From the NCBI RefSeq assembly GCF_006345805.1, contig NW_021828189.1, positions 1 to 8,940 of the forward strand: a DNA stretch of 8,940 nt, written 5' to 3'. The DNA comes from Octopus sinensis. Its lineage: Eukaryota. Each line of letters opens with the position of its first letter. The first letter of the stretch is position 1. This document shows positions 7,801 through 8,940 of this stretch, one piece after another. A program made the translations under genes and the position numbers. Under the pieces are notes generated by a model. The model did no database searches. It saw nothing but the letters and a program-made list of their open reading frames with translations, and was not told the DNA's origin.

Positions 7801-8076
7801 CAAATCAAGGGTAGTGTAGATCCATTATAATCAGAGATATGCTGTGGTTAAAACAATATTCTTCCCTGAATGATGAAGCGGCTAAAGTTGAAAAGTTGAA
7901 AGAATAAAAGATAGCAAGTACCCATATTCCAAATATTGGGATTCCCTTGACTAGCATAATTTATTCTGATTTTGGTATGAAATAAATAGAAAATGTTATG
8001 GGAACTCGGTACATATTATGGCTAATATCCAATGTTGTGCGAAAGTAGTTTCACGGATCTTGTAAATCTAAGTCAC

Positions 8077-8269
8077 AGTTTGGCTACTTTTTCTAGTAGG
8101 ACATGCAACCACACATAGGCTCCGTCGTTGGTCTGTTTCTAATAATTTTGTTGTTATTTAGCCTCAAATCAATCCTGATACAGCAAACCTATGTTGCTAT
8201 AAAAACATCTCTGGTTATTAAAGAACGGTTTCGTTAGGGGAGTGGACCCGGAAGTTGATGTTCGCAAAC
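8077..8269. repeat. Unclassified repeat, copy Y, inverted relative to copy X; the element may continue to about 8480
   Basis: The reverse complement matches 6343-6400 plus 6799-6932. Confidence 0.85.
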
Positions 8270-8532
8270 AAAAGCAATAATTTTCTTCAGCTGAATACAC
8301 GTCACTGATTGGTTAAAATTACACAAATACGACAACTTTAACACGAAATAACTTCTAAAATAAATTCTAAAGTACAACAATGTGTCAAAAACGTTAAGAG
8401 TAAGCCCTATTCTATGTGACACAGTCTACCAGTAACCGAAGTTCTATGGTGTTTAGTTTTAAAAAATTAATTTAAAAGTTCCATTTTCGCAGCTGCTGCA
8501 GCGAATGTGTTTTTGTAGTTGGTAATGTTCTC

Positions 8533-8550
8533 GTTGTTGTTGTTGTTGTT
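8533..8550. repeat. (GTT)6 microsatellite; possible (AAC)n tail of the adjacent minus-strand element
   Basis: Read directly. Confidence 0.9.
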
Positions 8551-8940
8551 CCTGTGGTTTTCTTCCAATCAGGACTCGCGCCATTAACCACAAAGAATAA
8601 TCTCTAATTCGAGCCTACTCTAAGCTAGTAAGATGCGTGTGGAAACTTGAAAATCCACCCACCACACGCAAAGACTGGCGGTTGCACGGGCGCAAAAGCT
8701 ACGTTGTTATCCTCATTCCGTAAACGGTGACTTTTAACGGGTGGAGAGCTGAATCATCCTGGGGTACAGAAGATTCGCAATCTAGACTAGGGTCTGGAAG
8801 TTTACCACACCATAGTGGGTTACACCATGGTTCCTCTGCTTTGTGACAGAAGTAGGAAGAAAGAGTGAGAGAAAGTTGTGGTGAAAGAGTACAGCGGGGT
8901 TCACCCACCCCTGCCGGAGCCTCGTGAACTTTGGTGTTTT
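8533..8940 (-). mobile_element. SINE family 2-related element with a different 3' module; its head lies beyond the window end
   Basis: 8846-8940 matches the post-head segment of copies 1 and 2 (GTGAGAGAAAGTTGTGGTGAAAGAGTACAGC...CCCCTGCCGGAGCCTCGTG...GGTGTTTT). 8551-8845 does not match their 3' half. Including 8551-8845 in the element is inferred. Confidence 0.6.

Noticed and set aside
6343-8269. The 190-bp inverted repeats as long TIRs of the Tc1 element
   Set aside because: The Tc1 remnant has its own TA-flanked, Tc1-like end at 7274. The inverted arms lack Tc1-type termini, and a third copy lies inside them.

Overview
This is eukaryotic, repeat-saturated, non-genic DNA (intron or intergenic). 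I find no intact host gene, no prokaryotic operon and no CRISPR array. Almost every listed ORF is a decayed transposon frame, a microsatellite read-through or an antisense artefact. The window holds a CR1-like LINE RT remnant, two Tx1/L1-clade LINE 3' remnants, an R4/Dong-like LINE C-terminal remnant and a Tc1 transposase remnant with one TIR. It also holds two families of tRNA-derived SINE (3 and 4 copies or fragments), an unclassified ~530-bp element embedded in (AAT)n arrays, an unclassified repeat present three times, and several microsatellites. From memory the SINEs resemble octopus/coleoid repeats; this is unverified. The best leads are RNA-level: a minimal hammerhead-ribozyme-like motif at 657-691, SINEs whose ends can pair into a closed helix, a SINE with a swapped 3' module, and inverted repeat pairs that could form dsRNA. 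I cannot support a new protein-coding system here. All translations and alignments were done by eye.
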